NCBI RefSeq assembly: GCF_000143415.4
Contig: NW_003314263.1
Span: 3,226,041-3,290,040 of the forward strand
Length of the DNA stretch: 64,000 nt
Direction of reading: 5' to 3'
From: Selaginella moellendorffii
Lineage: Eukaryota > Plantae > Lycopodiophyta
Part shown: positions 12,242 through 24,913 of the stretch, piece after piece
How positions within the stretch are numbered: position 1 is the first letter of the stretch
Layout of the letters: each line of letters begins with the position of its first letter
Translations under genes and position numbers: made by a program
Notes under the pieces: model-generated
Databases searched by the model: none
Seen by the model: only the letters and a program-made list of their open reading frames with translations
Told to the model about the DNA's origin: nothing

Positions 12242-14800
12242 TGGTATCAGAGCTATTCTTTAGTTTGACTTTTATTGGTGGTCAAGTATATCATCCCTTG
12301 TATTAGCATCAAAAAGTTTTAGGATTAGGCCTATCCTAGAGAAGTAGTATGTCAAGAGGACATAGCTTTCCACTCTAGTTCATATGTGAACTTGTACGCA
12401 ATGTGGTGGATAGAAAGAGGCCAGTAAGGGAATGACTTTGGGATCTTGGGAACAATATAAATTTTCCTCAAAGAATGATCACGGAAAAGATAGAGACTCC
12501 AAAACAATAAAGGAGTCACAAAATTATCCTTATATAGTTGGGGCTGGTGCTCATGAATTTGAGACTAGAGTTAATGATTGTAGGAGGTTAAATATGAAGG
12601 AGGACACAAGTCCTTGAAATGATAGTTATGGCTACCTTTTATAAATGCTGGAACAAACCCAAGGAATTAGAGGTGTACTTAGAGGATGAGTTGGTATTAT
12701 TATCATATGGATGGATAGTCCTAAGGGGCAAAGGTAGCCTACAGGGAATGAAAAAATAATCAAGTGTCAGAATAACACTTACAAAGGTGGTTCTTGTGAG
12801 TAGGACATGAATACAAGAAGTTGTATTCCAATAAATTAACACCTCAAAAATAGCTATGAAGCTAGGATTTTATGGGTTATCAAATTAACAAAGTCCAAAA
12901 AGCTGAATGACTCGAGTAGAGTCAAGGAATAGTCCTGGTGAAAGCATTTAGACTAAGGTGTGTTGCACCCTATGAAGGACAAGGATGATCATAAGATCCA
13001 AGTATGAGAACAGTAGGTATCTCATTGATGGTAAAATGTGTTATACTAAAGTTGTGGGAAAGGTGTTCTTGGAAGAAAGCAACTTTGGCATAAAGTTGCG
13101 TATAAATACCATAGTGCAGTGTTAATTGATAGTTAGCATGAGAAACGACTACTTTGGTCTTAACAAAAACCTAGACACAAGTGGAAAGTGTTGTAAAGAT
13201 AGGCTTGTAAAGCCGATGGTGTGGAGATACCAAATGTGCCAATGTATAATGCCTTGAGGTCAAGTTAGCGTGTTCATGAGAACCTCTTGCCAAAGGAATC
13301 TCAATAAAAATAAGAATTGCATACCCTAAGCTAAAAGGTATGCAGTTAGAGTGTGGTGACCCAAATAATGAAAAAAGTGTGGAAACACTAGTAATGAATT
13401 GTAAGACTTGATAATTATGAGACAACTAAGCAAAAGGTGCAAAATAATTAATTAGATTGGTAGAAGTTAATTACCCAAAACTTCTTATGGGGATAAAGAG
13501 GTTAAATATACCCCTCCGGGGGATAAATTGTTTATGTTGAGATATAGTTAGAAGGAGAATAACTAAAGGGAAAGCATAATACCACAAATAAGTAGGGAAG
13601 GTGAAATATTCCTATAGTTCATGTTAGAGATCTTGTTTTTGTGTGAATGATCTTTGCAACCATTGGTATAGTATCTCTATGGCAAAAAACATAGCAGTAA
13701 AAGGAGAAACTGTGGGTTATAGTGGATCAATTAACAAAGTAGATGTGGTTGTTGGCTCTTTAGAAGACTATTATTGCTTTAAACTTAATTACAGTTTACT
13801 TGGAGAAGGTCTTTCTTGATTTAATTTATTGGAGGACATTGTTAGTGATTGAAATTCAAAGCTCACTAATGGATTTTTTAAGAGCTTTGTAAAGGTTATG
13901 CAAGTGACTTTAAAACTCTCAAGTGGAGATCATCTTTAAATGGATAAGTAGACCAAATGTGTGAATTAGGTGGTAGAGGATATGCTACACTTTGCATTGG
14001 CCAAAGCCAAAAACAATGGAATCTATGTTTTTATTGGTGTAATTTGTATATAATAATAGTCAGCATATTGGAGCCATGATAAGTCCTTACTTTGCCAAGG
14101 CATCCCCAAATATCATTGAAGTTGGTTGGGATGGCATTTGAACATGAGAAGCTTGATTCAAAGGCAACTAATATAGTTATAAAACTTGATAAAATTCTAG
14201 TGGTGTGTAAACATAATTTACATGCAACTTAGAACATGGCAAAAAAGTTTGCAAATGAGTATTGCCAATTTTGAAAATATAAGTTGGGAAATCTCATCTT
14301 TGTGTGAGTGATCTTTCCTTCAAGTGAGTGATGAAACACCTTAGTGCTTTTATAGAGTGGGAAGAGTGATACACTTTCTCATAAATGTGCTAGTTCATAT
14401 GAAGTTTTGGAGTGCATTGGTAAAGTGGCTATGATTGTTAGCTAGGGTGAATATTCATCTAGTATTTTATGTTAAAGATGTACTATCTCAAAGTGAAGGG
14501 CCCAATGACTCCTTGATGTATGGATGTTGAACCAAGAACTTAAGTAGAGTTCTCGAGAAACATCCTTGGAACAAGTCCTTTTGTTAAGGGGAAGAATTGT
14601 TAGGTGTCAGTTTTGACCATGTAATCAATGTGGATCAAAAGGAAGCTCAAAAGTATATTAAGGTATGGACTTAGGGTAAGGAACTTAACCCTATCTTAAG
14701 GGCTCATAGTGGCAATAGTGGTGCAGTAGAGCTTTTAGCTTGGGGGTGGTTGGGTGGTGAAGAACTTCAAAAGGAGGCATAACTTAGTTTAGGTGAGGTT
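12242..14800 (+). mobile_element. Highly decayed gypsy-type LTR retrotransposon (PBS, integrase remnants, PPT, 3' LTR start)
   Basis: TTTACA followed by TGGTATCAGAGC (tRNA-iMet PBS) at 12242; eroded VDRLTK, IVSDRDSKFT, DGQTERVNQ and HPVFHVS motifs; TTAAGGGGAAGAAT then TGTTAGG at 14598. The right boundary is approximate. Confidence 0.75.
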
Positions 14801-15586
14801 AGGCATTTTTGTTTTTATTATTTAGCACCAAGTCATAAACAGGCCACGACGTTGTCTTTGCTTTCTGTCGCTAAAGGGACTGTGGACTACTCTAGTCAAA
14901 TCATAGCCTTTTTTATCAACATCATGCTGACTAGTCACAGTCAGATTATCATTGTTGACTGATTGGTCAGCGTCTATGCTGACTGGTTGGCAGAATAGTC
15001 ACAATTAGTGTACAATGTTGACTAGTCAATGGTTGACCTACAGCTCTTTAAAGCTACTCAAAAGTCAAGTTTGAGTGAATTCATGAAAGTTTTTCCTAAG
15101 ATACTTGGGTACAACCCAATATTTTAGAATCCTTATGTAACATGCACAATAGCAAATAACTCTTGCTCAAAATTTAAATACCTCTTCTCAGCATCATTAA
15201 ACTTACAATCTCATAAGCAATGGCATGCCCATTTGCATAGAATAGCCTAAAGTGCACCATATGCACAATATATATATCATAATAATTGTGTCACATCAAG
15301 CACTGCCATTCTTTTTGAGAAGGGTTAAAATAAATAACGCTCCGTGAAAAAGCATGCCCATACCTTATTAGGATATGGTTTATTGTCCTCTTAGTGTCCT
15401 AACAGTGAACTAAAATAACAGTGAACTAGCAAGGAATCCAGCTCTGCTGCATAGATAGTAATTATGTTTTTTAATATTATCATTTTAAATAATTTCTTTA
15501 TAGACTATGTTTTTTGTGTTGTATAGTGTTTGTCTTTAGGATTTGTAAATTGTAATAGAAAATGCAAGCTTTATAGAGAACTACTA

Positions 15587-16496
15587 CCATTTTATAATGA
15601 TTTGCATTTCTCCATTCTTTTGGTTTCAAAGAGATTATTGGTAGAATTTTTTTTATTTACATATCATTATGTAAAATCTTAACTTCAATAATGTTTGGTA
15701 AAACCTTGGTTATGATAGTTTATTTGTGTTAATATTAAGTAAGAGCATTATGATACAGCTGATTTTTATGTTTAGCTTATGTGAAGGCATTCCAGACAGT
15801 GTTACCAAGTTTAAAAGGATAGTCAAGCATCTTCTCATTTGATTCTGTCTCTACAGTATCAATGCTCTTGTATGTTGTTGTTGCTCATTCTTGAAAGAAT
15901 TTAGTCATTTACTTGTAAAGAGAGGTCATTTTAAGTTGTGAGAATAGCCTTTCGAAATAGGCTTAAGTTGTTTGTCTCTATATGTTGTTCAAACATACTA
16001 TCTATCAATTGATATAAGTTTTAAGATAATAAGTTCATTATACATTCATAACTTGGACAGAGCATGACTTCATAACTTTTTGATAATGAGTGAGCTCTTG
16101 ATAGAATATCTTGATAAAACAGAAAACTGGAAAACTCAGCTCTTGAAACTTATATCAATCTCTTTATAAGTAAATGACTAAATCCTTTCAAGAATGAGCA
16201 ACAAGAAGGTACAAGAGCATTGATACTGTAGAAACAGAATCAAATGAGAAGATGCTTGACTATCCTCTTAAAATTGGTAACACCGTCTGGAATGCCTTCA
16301 TATAAGCTAAACATAAAAATCAGCTGTATCATAATGCTCTTACATAATATTAACACAAATAAACTATCATAACCAAGGTTTTACCAAACATTATTGAAGT
16401 TAAGATTTTACATAATGATATGTAAATAAAAAAAAATTCTACCAATAATTTCTTTGAAACCAAAAAAATGGAGATATGCAAATCATTGTAAAATGG
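15587..16496. repeat. Long inverted repeat (arms 15587-15923 and 16159-16496), copy 1
   Basis: About 337-bp arms are reverse complements with scattered mismatches; an additional inner stem pairs 16009-16027 with 16141-16159. Confidence 0.95.
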
Positions 16497-16569
16497 AGTC
16501 ATGAGATTCTTACAACTTGCTTCTGAAAGTCTTCATGTTTTGCCCTTGTGCTTCGCAAATCTGTAGCAG

Positions 16570-16890
16570 CTGTTCCAGAAGATCGAGACGTCCCCGGTTT
16601 GTGTCTACAACACATCCAAACAGGAACTGGAGGAGATCATGAAGAATGGCCGCATGGCTCTGAGCTCGAACCCAATGTATCTGGTGATGGTAGTGCTGGA
16701 TGTGAAGATCGTGAGTAGCATGTGCAACTCCAGCAAGGTTCTCATCACTATTAACTTCCAGAAAGCTTGCAAGGACAGGAGCATCGAGTATTACATGTCA
16801 GAGAATGGCTTGATCTTCAGCAGTGGCTCCATACGGGTCAAGTACTTCAAGCAGGTGGTGGAACTGCCAAGCAACAAACTGCTGCTCTAG
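16570..16890 (+). CDS. Divergent Tpt1/KptA (RNA 2'-phosphotransferase) C-terminal-domain-like exon, copy 1
   Basis: Open exon after a TAG/CAG acceptor. VLITINFQKACKDRSIEYYMSENGLIFSSGSIRVKYFKQV resembles the Tpt1 pattern VLIxID..KA...G..FY.S.NGVILT.G.IP..YF; no upstream exons recognised. Confidence 0.6.
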   Translation: MFQKIETSPVCVYNTSKQELEEIMKNGRMALSSNPMYLVMVVLDVKIVSSMCNSSKVLITINFQKACKDRSIEYYMSENGLIFSSGSIRVKYFKQVVELPSNKLLL

Positions 16891-17145
16891 CTCCGGCCAA
16901 GGGCCTCGGTTCTTAAGAGTAGTTAGATCTTTTCTCAAGTATTGGAACGAATCTATAAGAAAGTTTTCTAGATATTTAATTTAATCAATCAGTCCTCGTT
17001 TGGCTAAAAAAAAAAACAAAAGATAAGAGAAAACACATCCTCATACCATAAGCTACTCTTCCACTGGGATCGTCCCCTTCTTGCTCACGTAGATACCATC
17101 CAAGTCCTTGTCATCCTTATGTCGCCCTTGCTCTTTTAAATGTAG

Positions 17146-17519
17146 ATTCAATTGAGATTCTTTTCGGGCTTAATGGCTGGAGATGAAGACACGTGGGAAA
17201 AACAGTTGAGAGTGGAATTTTTTTTATTTTTTTAGGGTAAACCAGTTTTTTCGATGGTAAACCCATTTTTTTGAAGCATTTTTTCCAGGAGCGCTTATGT
17301 AATTCAGCATTTCACCGCAGTTGCACGTTCGCTGCTCTCATCAACCAGGACAGTCTGCAGATATTCTGGAGGAATAAGGCAGTTAAAAGGGCTATGAAAA
17401 AACAAGTTTACCATCGAAAAAACTGGTTTACTCTTTAAAAAAAAAACATTCCACTCTCAACTGTTTTTCTCACGTGTCTTCATCTCCACCATTAAGCTTG
17501 AAAAGAATCTCAATTGAAT
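17146..17519. mobile_element. MITE/foldback-like element with ~125-bp terminal inverted repeats
   Basis: ATTCAATTGAGATTCTTTTC...GATGGTAAAC versus GTTTACCATCG...GAAAAGAATCTCAATTGAAT. No clear TSD. Confidence 0.7.
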
Positions 17520-18464
17520 ATGTTTTGCTCTGTTAAATATAGAAGGATGATTAATAAATTTTACAACAAACATGGAAGTATTTGTTTTTTTATTTTATTT
17601 TATTTCTATCCTGATCGCGCTTGTGCTTGGATTCCTCGTCTAGGGTTTTTATAGCTGGGAGCGATGCTTGCTAGATCGCCAATCGATGGAAGGACGGCAG
17701 CGCTGGCACCAATGTATATGCATTTCAGTTGCCAGGGAGGAGCAAAATCTTGGAGCGATGGTGCAGCAATCTCATCGTCGCAGTGCAAAATGAAACGAAG
17801 TAAGTTCATCGCCACGGCCGCTCTGGACAATGGACAATGAACAAGGCGCATTGGCATTTCTCTCCCAGCTCTAGTTTGCAAAGAAGAAAATCGCGATCTT
17901 AGCTCATTCCTTTGTTTGCAAGGTCTTGGATCCACGGGCAACTCACGAGTGCTGGGCTTACAAGGTGGTTCATTTATTTCGCCTTCTTTGCTTGAATGTT
18001 TCATTTTATTCCAGCTTAGATCAAAGAACGCTATCGTTTTAGCGATGGTGGAGAGCCTGGAGGAACGGCAGGACGGCCAATCTAGGCTGCCAGAGGAAAT
18101 TCTGGTGTGGATGGAGTTATGGTCGTTGTGACGAGGTACCTATCATCGTTTTTCCAAACGAAAGAACAAAAACTAATTGGAAATCCAGGTACTTTGGTGG
18201 AACGAAGCTTTCGTTGGAGCTTATGGAGGAATCGCTGCTGACTGCCTCAAAGACGCACCGACGCACATTGCCAAAGCAAAGGTTTTCTTATGTAGTTTGG
18301 TGTTGTCTACTGACTTGCATCGAGTGTGTAGATCTACCTGGTTCTCAAGCCTGGCTTTGATCATCTTGGAGATGTGTACCCTCTCCTAAGCATTGGTGTT
18401 ATTAGTTTCGATCTTTATGTCTTGATGGGCAACGAATCCAGCTTCAGCTTCAGCTTGCACAAGT

Positions 18465-18785
18465 GTGGCATCAAAAGAGGAGGCTGTGCGGCTTTCGGGG
18501 AAACGTGAAGGAAAAGTTCGGTCCCTGGAGAGAGGAATGGCTATACACGCCGAAGCTGCTAAAGGTGGTGTCGAGTTGGAGTATTTCGTCGCAAACACGC
18601 TGGTGGATTTCTACGTCAAATGTGAGAGCTCGGCAGACGCTCGCAGAGTTTTTGACAAGATGCCACTGCACGATGTCGTGTCCTGGACGGCGCTGGTGGT
18701 GGGCTACGCTGGAAACGGTGAAGGCCAGGCGGCCTTGGGTCTCTTAGAGGACATGCAACGTCGAGGCTGTACACCGAATGCTTAA
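18465..18785 (+). pseudogene. PLS-class PPR fragment, copy 2
   Basis: Near-identical to 6281-6601. Confidence 0.9.
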
Positions 18786-18919
18786 GCTCACTACTTTGAG
18801 TGCATTGTTAGAGGGACAAGAAAGCAAACGAGAAGAAATCCTGGCGATCTGTCTCCAGTAAGTGACGATGATCTTTTTTCTTTCATTCTTTTTTGCTGAT
18901 GCCTGTGTTTGGTTTCAGT

Positions 18920-21900
18920 GGTGTTTCCCCGACAAAAAAGGTAGCAGCTACCTCTAGAGATGTTTTGCAAGAGAGGAGCGAGAAGATGGACGTCTCTCCA
19001 AAGCAAAGCTTTGAGAAACGAGATGGCGATTCCTCTCGGTGCAACGACGGCTGAAATGGTTGAAGTGGCTGACAGAGAATTACCGCCCTTTCAGCACAGT
19101 GCGAAGAAGCTACCATGCACTCCTCCTGCAAGAGCTGGAAATGGCGGCGATCCCACTCCGAACTGGCTACTCGACAGCAAGTATGTATCACCAGGAGATA
19201 GCTTCTGGGACGAGGCAATACGCGTCCTTGGGAGCAAGAAGGGTGACTGCTCGGAAGTTAAGTCGCGTATCAACCCTGACGGCCCGAATTTATTGAACTC
19301 TCCGCTACCAGTCGTGTGCTTCGACTTTGCGAGTCATGACAACGTTGGCAAAGAAGCTGCTGCAGCTCCCACTGAAGAAGGAAAGGCAATCGTGAACGAT
19401 CCGTCGTCCTCAGTCTCCGGTGAGAAGCTGTCCGATTGGCTTCCGGCTGAATTATGTGAAGGATACTTTCGGAAAGGGGTTAGAAGACTGTATCAATGGC
19501 AGGTAAGCCAACTGTTTGTGATTTTAGTGCCTACTTACAAGAAACTACAGGTTGATTGTCTACGCCTTGATGGAGTTTTGGATGGTAAAAGTCTTGTTTA
19601 CTGTGCCTCGACAAGGTGCTTGAGATTTCTTATGGTAATCCTTAAAACTTTTTGACAGTGCAGGAAAGAGTCTTGTTGCAGAAATTTTGATGTTAAAAAG
19701 AGTGCTGGCGACAGGAAAAATGGCAATGCTGGTTTTACCATATGTCGCGTTGTGTTCTGAGAAGGTATGCTTGGTTTTGTTTTGTCAAAACGTCAACTGG
19801 TTTTTGCTTTGCTAGACAGAGCATTTAGAGGCGGTACTGGAACATGTTGTGTCCGTGGATATTTTGGGACTCACGGGAGTAAAACGCTATCTCCAGATAC
19901 TTCACTTGCAGTTCATACCATCAAAAAGCGAACTCACTCATCAATATGCTGGTAGAGGACGGGCAGCTGTCCGAACTAGCAGTCGTAGTTATAGATGAGG
20001 TTCATATGGTATGTATACTGACATCCCAATATCCTTCTTATAACAGTCTGGTGCAGGTTGGAGATAAAGAGAGAGGTTATTTGCTAGAACTAAGCTACGA
20101 CATGGGGCCAGTAAAGGTGACTATGAAAGCAGCAGCCCCACGAGGTTGCAAATTATAGGAACGAGTGCAGCGATGCCTAATGTAGCAGCTGTTGCATCAT
20201 GGCTTCAGGTATTGCAATCTTTTATTCAAGTCTTACAGACCATGATGATAATTTGCAGGCTGCATTTTATGAGACTAACTTTCGCCCGGTTCCTTTAGAC
20301 GAACACATTAAAGTCATTTACGATACTAGTGTTCGTGCTCTAAGAGCAGGCTCTGAACTTAGCGGCAAGGATCCAGATCACATCGTCCATCTGTGGCATG
20401 AGGTTACTTTTGTGTTTTGACAAAGACCTTTCATAGGTCTTACTGATTTCAGTTTGTGCCCTTTGTTGTCTAGGTGGTTAGTAAGGCCATTCTGTGCTTT
20501 TGTTTTGTTCAAGTCGTCATGCCTGCGAAACCACTGGCCGACGAGATACAGGCAAATGGCTGGGAGAGCAGGAAGAGCAGGGATAGACACGCATGGCGAG
20601 AGTGTAAGACTTGTCTCGTTTATGTATTCTGAAATTTGCCGAATGTTGGTTTTGCAGATATTAATCTGTAAAAGTGAGGAGCTTCCCATTCTGAAAGAAG
20701 GTTGTCAACCGTTGCAGTCATATCTCGCCGAGGAAAAGAATGGAATGATGAGAGCTCGTTTTGGAGGTGGGCACAGGATGTCAACCGCTCTGCACCCTTC
20801 TCAACTCTACACAGCCTTTTGATGACGTCGTGAAGTCTGCTCAAGATTCTTTGCTGTGCCACAAGCGACTGATAGAGTGCGATCAGGAGTTACAGATCTA
20901 CAAAATCAGTCCATTAGGAAAAGCAGCGTTTGGCAGTTCGCTCGGCCCGGAAGAATGCTTGGTACGTTCTCGCTCGTTTTTGCTGGCAATGACGAATTTT
21001 AATTATGCGGATGCANNNNNNNNNNNNNNNNNNNNNNNNNNNNNNNNNNNNNNNNNNNNNNNNNNNNNNNNNNNNNNNNNNNNNNNNNNNNNNNNNNNNN
21101 NNNNNNNNNNNNNNNATCTTGCTAAAGCCCCTGATAGTTTTGTTTCAGCGTCGGATTTGTACCTTGTTTACGAGGTTACTCCTATTCACATGAAGCGTGT
21201 GTATTGACGCTTTTTTGTGGCTCTTATATTGTCCAAGCTTGTTCAGGTATGTATGGTCGACCTTTGTTCCATAATACTGAAGTTTCGCCACTAGGAAGTG
21301 CCGCTAATGGACGTCTGCAGTACGTTCAAGGTGCCGAGGGGCACCGTGCAAGCTCTTCGATTGTTTTACCTTTGTTTTATGTTTTCACAGGCTGCACGAG
21401 CTAGATGTTTATACAAAGCGGGCTTACGAACAGTTGAAGCTGTAGCTGAGGCTACAATTCCTGAACTTGCAAACGCGCTGCGTGATTCTTCATTCAAAGA
21501 ACATGCAGGTTGGCTTCTCTTATATGCTTTTACTGGCAAGCTTTTTGTAATAGATGCTGGTAAGCAGCAGTGGATGTACGCTGCAGCGGCAAAGAAAATA
21601 AGAAACGGAGCAAGGAGAATTGTCCTGGATCGAGCAGAAGAGGTGCGAATAGCTGCTTTCTCGGCATTTCAAGCTCTTGGAGCAACGATTCCGCATTCGC
21701 TGTCACAGTCTTTATATGCCAGTGTTGAGAGGCCTCAGGCTGAGACAGACGAGATTGCCATATCTCCAAAGCGAGACGAGGGCAAGGCCGACGTTCATAG
21801 CACTGACAGTTGGATTGGATGACAGCAAGAAAATGGTAACCATGGCTCCAATGCGTTTGGAGGCTTGCAGAAAAGAAGGCCAAGGACCCAATCTTGCTGC

Positions 21901-21997
21901 TGTGACATCTTAGATCTGGAAACAAGGTTTTGATACATGCCCAAGCCAATAAGACTGCTTCGCGATTTCAGGACCAGTGGAAAATTCTTGTTGTGAA
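18920..21997 (+). pseudogene. POLQ: POLQ/TEBICHI helicase-region pseudogene, copy 2
   Basis: Near-identical to copy 1 with different small indels; contains an N gap. Confidence 0.9.
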
Positions 21998-22040
21998 CAT
22001 CATCTTTAATTCAAAAAACTGCTACTTTGATCTAATACTA

Positions 22041-22982
22041 TTAATAAATTTTGAAAATACCACTCCATCTAGCTTTCTCCAATTCAATCTTCCAGAGCAT
22101 CATGGATTCCTCCTTTCGCTTATCTTCTTCGGCCTGGAGATCCTGTTCAAGCTCGAGAGCAAAACAAATGTCCCCCTCCATTGCCTCTGCCTGCTCCTCC
22201 TGAGAATCCCCCTCAAGCACAAGATCCTCATTGTCCACATTCTTTTGGAGGATTTGGCTCGTTTCCCCATTGCCAATTTGAATTTCTGCAAAGCGCTCCT
22301 TGTGTTCTGGCCGCTCCAAAACCTCCTCAAGCACGAGATGTAGCATCTCCTCATCATCCACATCCTCGAGATTTGACGACAGAATTTCAGTCATCACTTC
22401 GTCACTCACTACAATTTCTGCCACCTCAGGGAACACAAGAGGGATGTGTTCCTCCTCGTTTGGGACTTCATTCTCCTCGACCAGTGCCATGATTCTAGCC
22501 AGGTCATCTATGTCAAACTCTTCCTTGTCCTCCACCCTGATCACCGCCCCAGCTTTATCGGCCTGTTGACCACTCTGCTTCGCTTGACTTTCGTGGACCA
22601 GCAAACCCTTCTTCGTCTCATCTTCAACTGGAGCGCGCTTGAGCTTCTTCTTCTCATGTGCCATGCCAACTTCCTCACTACTGCTCGATCTTGGCCGCTT
22701 CATGTAAGTTGGTCTTGTTTTTCCGCCATAAGTGAATTTTTTATTGCACTGACTGCAGCGATACCTTGGCTGGCCAATGTTGTCATTGTTGAAGTAGTCG
22801 AAGTTGCCGCACTCACCACGATTGCACTTCATACAGGTCGGGTGCTGCTGTTTCAAGTACGATTTCAACTCATCCACGCTTCCAAACTGGAGGCTACTCT
22901 GCTGGCAGGACGAAGACCAAAATAGTGGGTAGTTCTGGAGAAGATGGAGCTCCTTGTACACCTTGCTGCTTTTGTTTGGCAT
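22041..22982 (-). CDS. Atypical Dof-type zinc-finger protein with acidic C-terminus (313 aa), copy 1
   Basis: CMKC-x22-CSQC with F.YFNN.NIGQPRY.C..C.K.FT.GG, matching the Dof consensus CPRC..FCYYNNY...QPRYFC..C.RYWT.GG; basic NLS-like KKKLKR; uninterrupted ORF. Confidence 0.8.
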   Translation of the reverse strand: MPNKSSKVYKELHLLQNYPLFWSSSCQQSSLQFGSVDELKSYLKQQHPTCMKCNRGECGNFDYFNNDNIGQPRYRCSQCNKKFTYGGKTRPTYMKRPRSSSSEEVGMAHEKKKLKRAPVEDETKKGLLVHESQAKQSGQQADKAGAVIRVEDKEEFDIDDLARIMALVEENEVPNEEEHIPLVFPEVAEIVVSDEVMTEILSSNLEDVDDEEMLHLVLEEVLERPEHKERFAEIQIGNGETSQILQKNVDNEDLVLEGDSQEEQAEAMEGDICFALELEQDLQAEEDKRKEESMMLWKIELEKARWSGIFKIY

Positions 22983-23119
22983 CGCTGCTGGCTTCTCTGC
23001 TGACAGGACAACAAGTGAAAACCTAAAATATGTCCTTTTTTACAAGCTTAAGGGATGAAATGTGTGTTTAAAGTTTTGGGTAAAGGGAGTTTTATTAAAC
23101 ATCTTTTAATTTCCACCCG

Positions 23120-24185
23120 ATTCCTTTTGTTGCAGCTTTTAGACGACGGTGCGACCTTCTCAGGCATCCCAAAATTTAGCGCATGACTGTTGCGGAGTTT
23201 TTGGAACGGAGTGGAGGCTCCACACTTGTTGATGTAAGCTGGTGCCCCAGAAGGAGGCTTTCTTCAAGGTCCTTAATTCTTCCACCTAGATTTTCTTCTT
23301 TTTCATGTTGCAGGCTGTCGGAAATATGTATCAACAGCTGTCTGAGGAACTTAGCTGGATCAAGGTTGAAAAGGAGTTGCTTCATCAGAGCTGCGACAGA
23401 TCCAAGCAGGAGGTAAATCGAAGCTGGTTAAGGCAGACTTTCCTTTTGTGATTCAGTTTAAAACACTTGACTTGAGAGCAGGACTGACTTGAAAGATGGC
23501 TTACCAGCCGGGACCTGCAAATACATGCTGCGCAGGTGCAAACTTTGTCATCGAGCAGGCAATGAAATGACAAGCTTTACAAGCATGACGGTAGTCTCCT
23601 CATTTCGTGAGTGCAAATGCTTTTATTTTTTGTTGTTCTCCCCATACAAGGCCCGATTTCAAGCTAAAATCCCAAGCAATTCTAATCTTAGCCTTGATCG
23701 TGTCACAATGGTCTCCTCCACACAGGAAATCACCAATAATATTTTCCTCTTTAGAACATGATGCCAAGCTAAATCGATGGATCCCGGACGGCATGATAGA
23801 CAGGACCAAGAAGAGCATGACCCATGCGTGCACCTAGAGGAAGAGGTCAATGGATCCTTCAATCTGGTCGGAGCTCATCAACTCCCAATCCCCATGCTCT
23901 GCCGCTTCGGGTCCCTCTCAAATGATTGGTATAGCGCGCGACACACCTAGCTGCGTCGGGAACACCATGTCGTAAGAAAGCTGCTTGGCTCATGTACAGC
24001 GCTGAAAAAACAAAAACCAAGTGTGAAGAGCTTAGAAAACTTACAGTTGAGAACGCACGGCAATGACTTGTCAAGACGTTGTCAAAACTCCTTCGAAGGT
24101 AGCACCTTGTCCAAGTACGTGTGTACAAACCAGAGCTGAGTTAGCTTCCAAAGAAGTCACACGAACCTGGTCAAGTAGCAAATCG
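23120..24185. repeat. Inverted dispersed copy of about 58230-59297 (unidentified spliced gene fragments)
   Basis: Reverse-complement identity, e.g. MTVAEFLERSGGSTLVD is on + here and on - at 59235 and 53306. Confidence 0.85.
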
Positions 24186-24912
24186 TGAAAGAGAAAAGTG
24201 GATCATCGGCATGCATGGGAGCTTTCAAAGTGGCCACCGTTCCTGCCAGGTTTGCGTCTCACCTCGCACCACTGCAACGACAATGTAAATAACTAATCGA
24301 TGCAAACCTCTTCACTATCTGCATATCGAGCAGCGCTAAGTCGAAAGAGAAAGAAAAAAGAAGAAAAACTCACTGCGAGCTGAGATCAATCGCCTGCAAG
24401 CGAGCAATGTTTCCAACAACAAAGCGAATTTCTATAAATTGCTGGATAGAGAAACACGAGCTGAATCAAAAGAACAATCGACGAGCGACTGTAACAACTA
24501 ACATACTCACCAGCCATAGGATAGCCTGGTTTCTCTCCTTAGAGTCGAGCGAGTAAAATTGTGCGTCTTTTTCCTCCAATACTGCCGGAGTTCCCAGTTT
24601 TCAAGATCAAAGAACTGTAACGCCGGTGGACATGCTACAAGGACAAACACATCACACCACTCCAAGAGAGTTACCTCAGGAATGTTTGCAAGCTTTGCAG
24701 GATTTGGCTTCCCGACGGCAAGAGTGTATGACTTTTTTCTTGCGCTCTTCACCATTTTCTTTACATTCCGTATAGCTCCGGCTGCGAGGAAGTCCAGGTG
24801 TTAGAGAAATGCCGACCAACATCGAGTGTTATGCCGACAATGTTTGCATCCTTTGGTACGCTCGATTAAATAGTACCTGGAACCAAAGTCGAGGAACTTT
24901 ACTGGTTGCCAA
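24185..24912 (-). pseudogene. DPH2: Diphthamide biosynthesis protein 2 fragment
   Basis: RYYLIERTKDANIVGI; VKSARKKSYTLAVGKPNPAKLANIPE/CDVFVLVAC; frameshifted and 5'-truncated. Confidence 0.8.
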
Positions 24913-24913
24913 A

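Noticed and set aside
17606-18131. 132-137 aa minus-strand ORF present in both duplicates
   Set aside because: No recognisable domain; its conservation is explained by the recent duplication.
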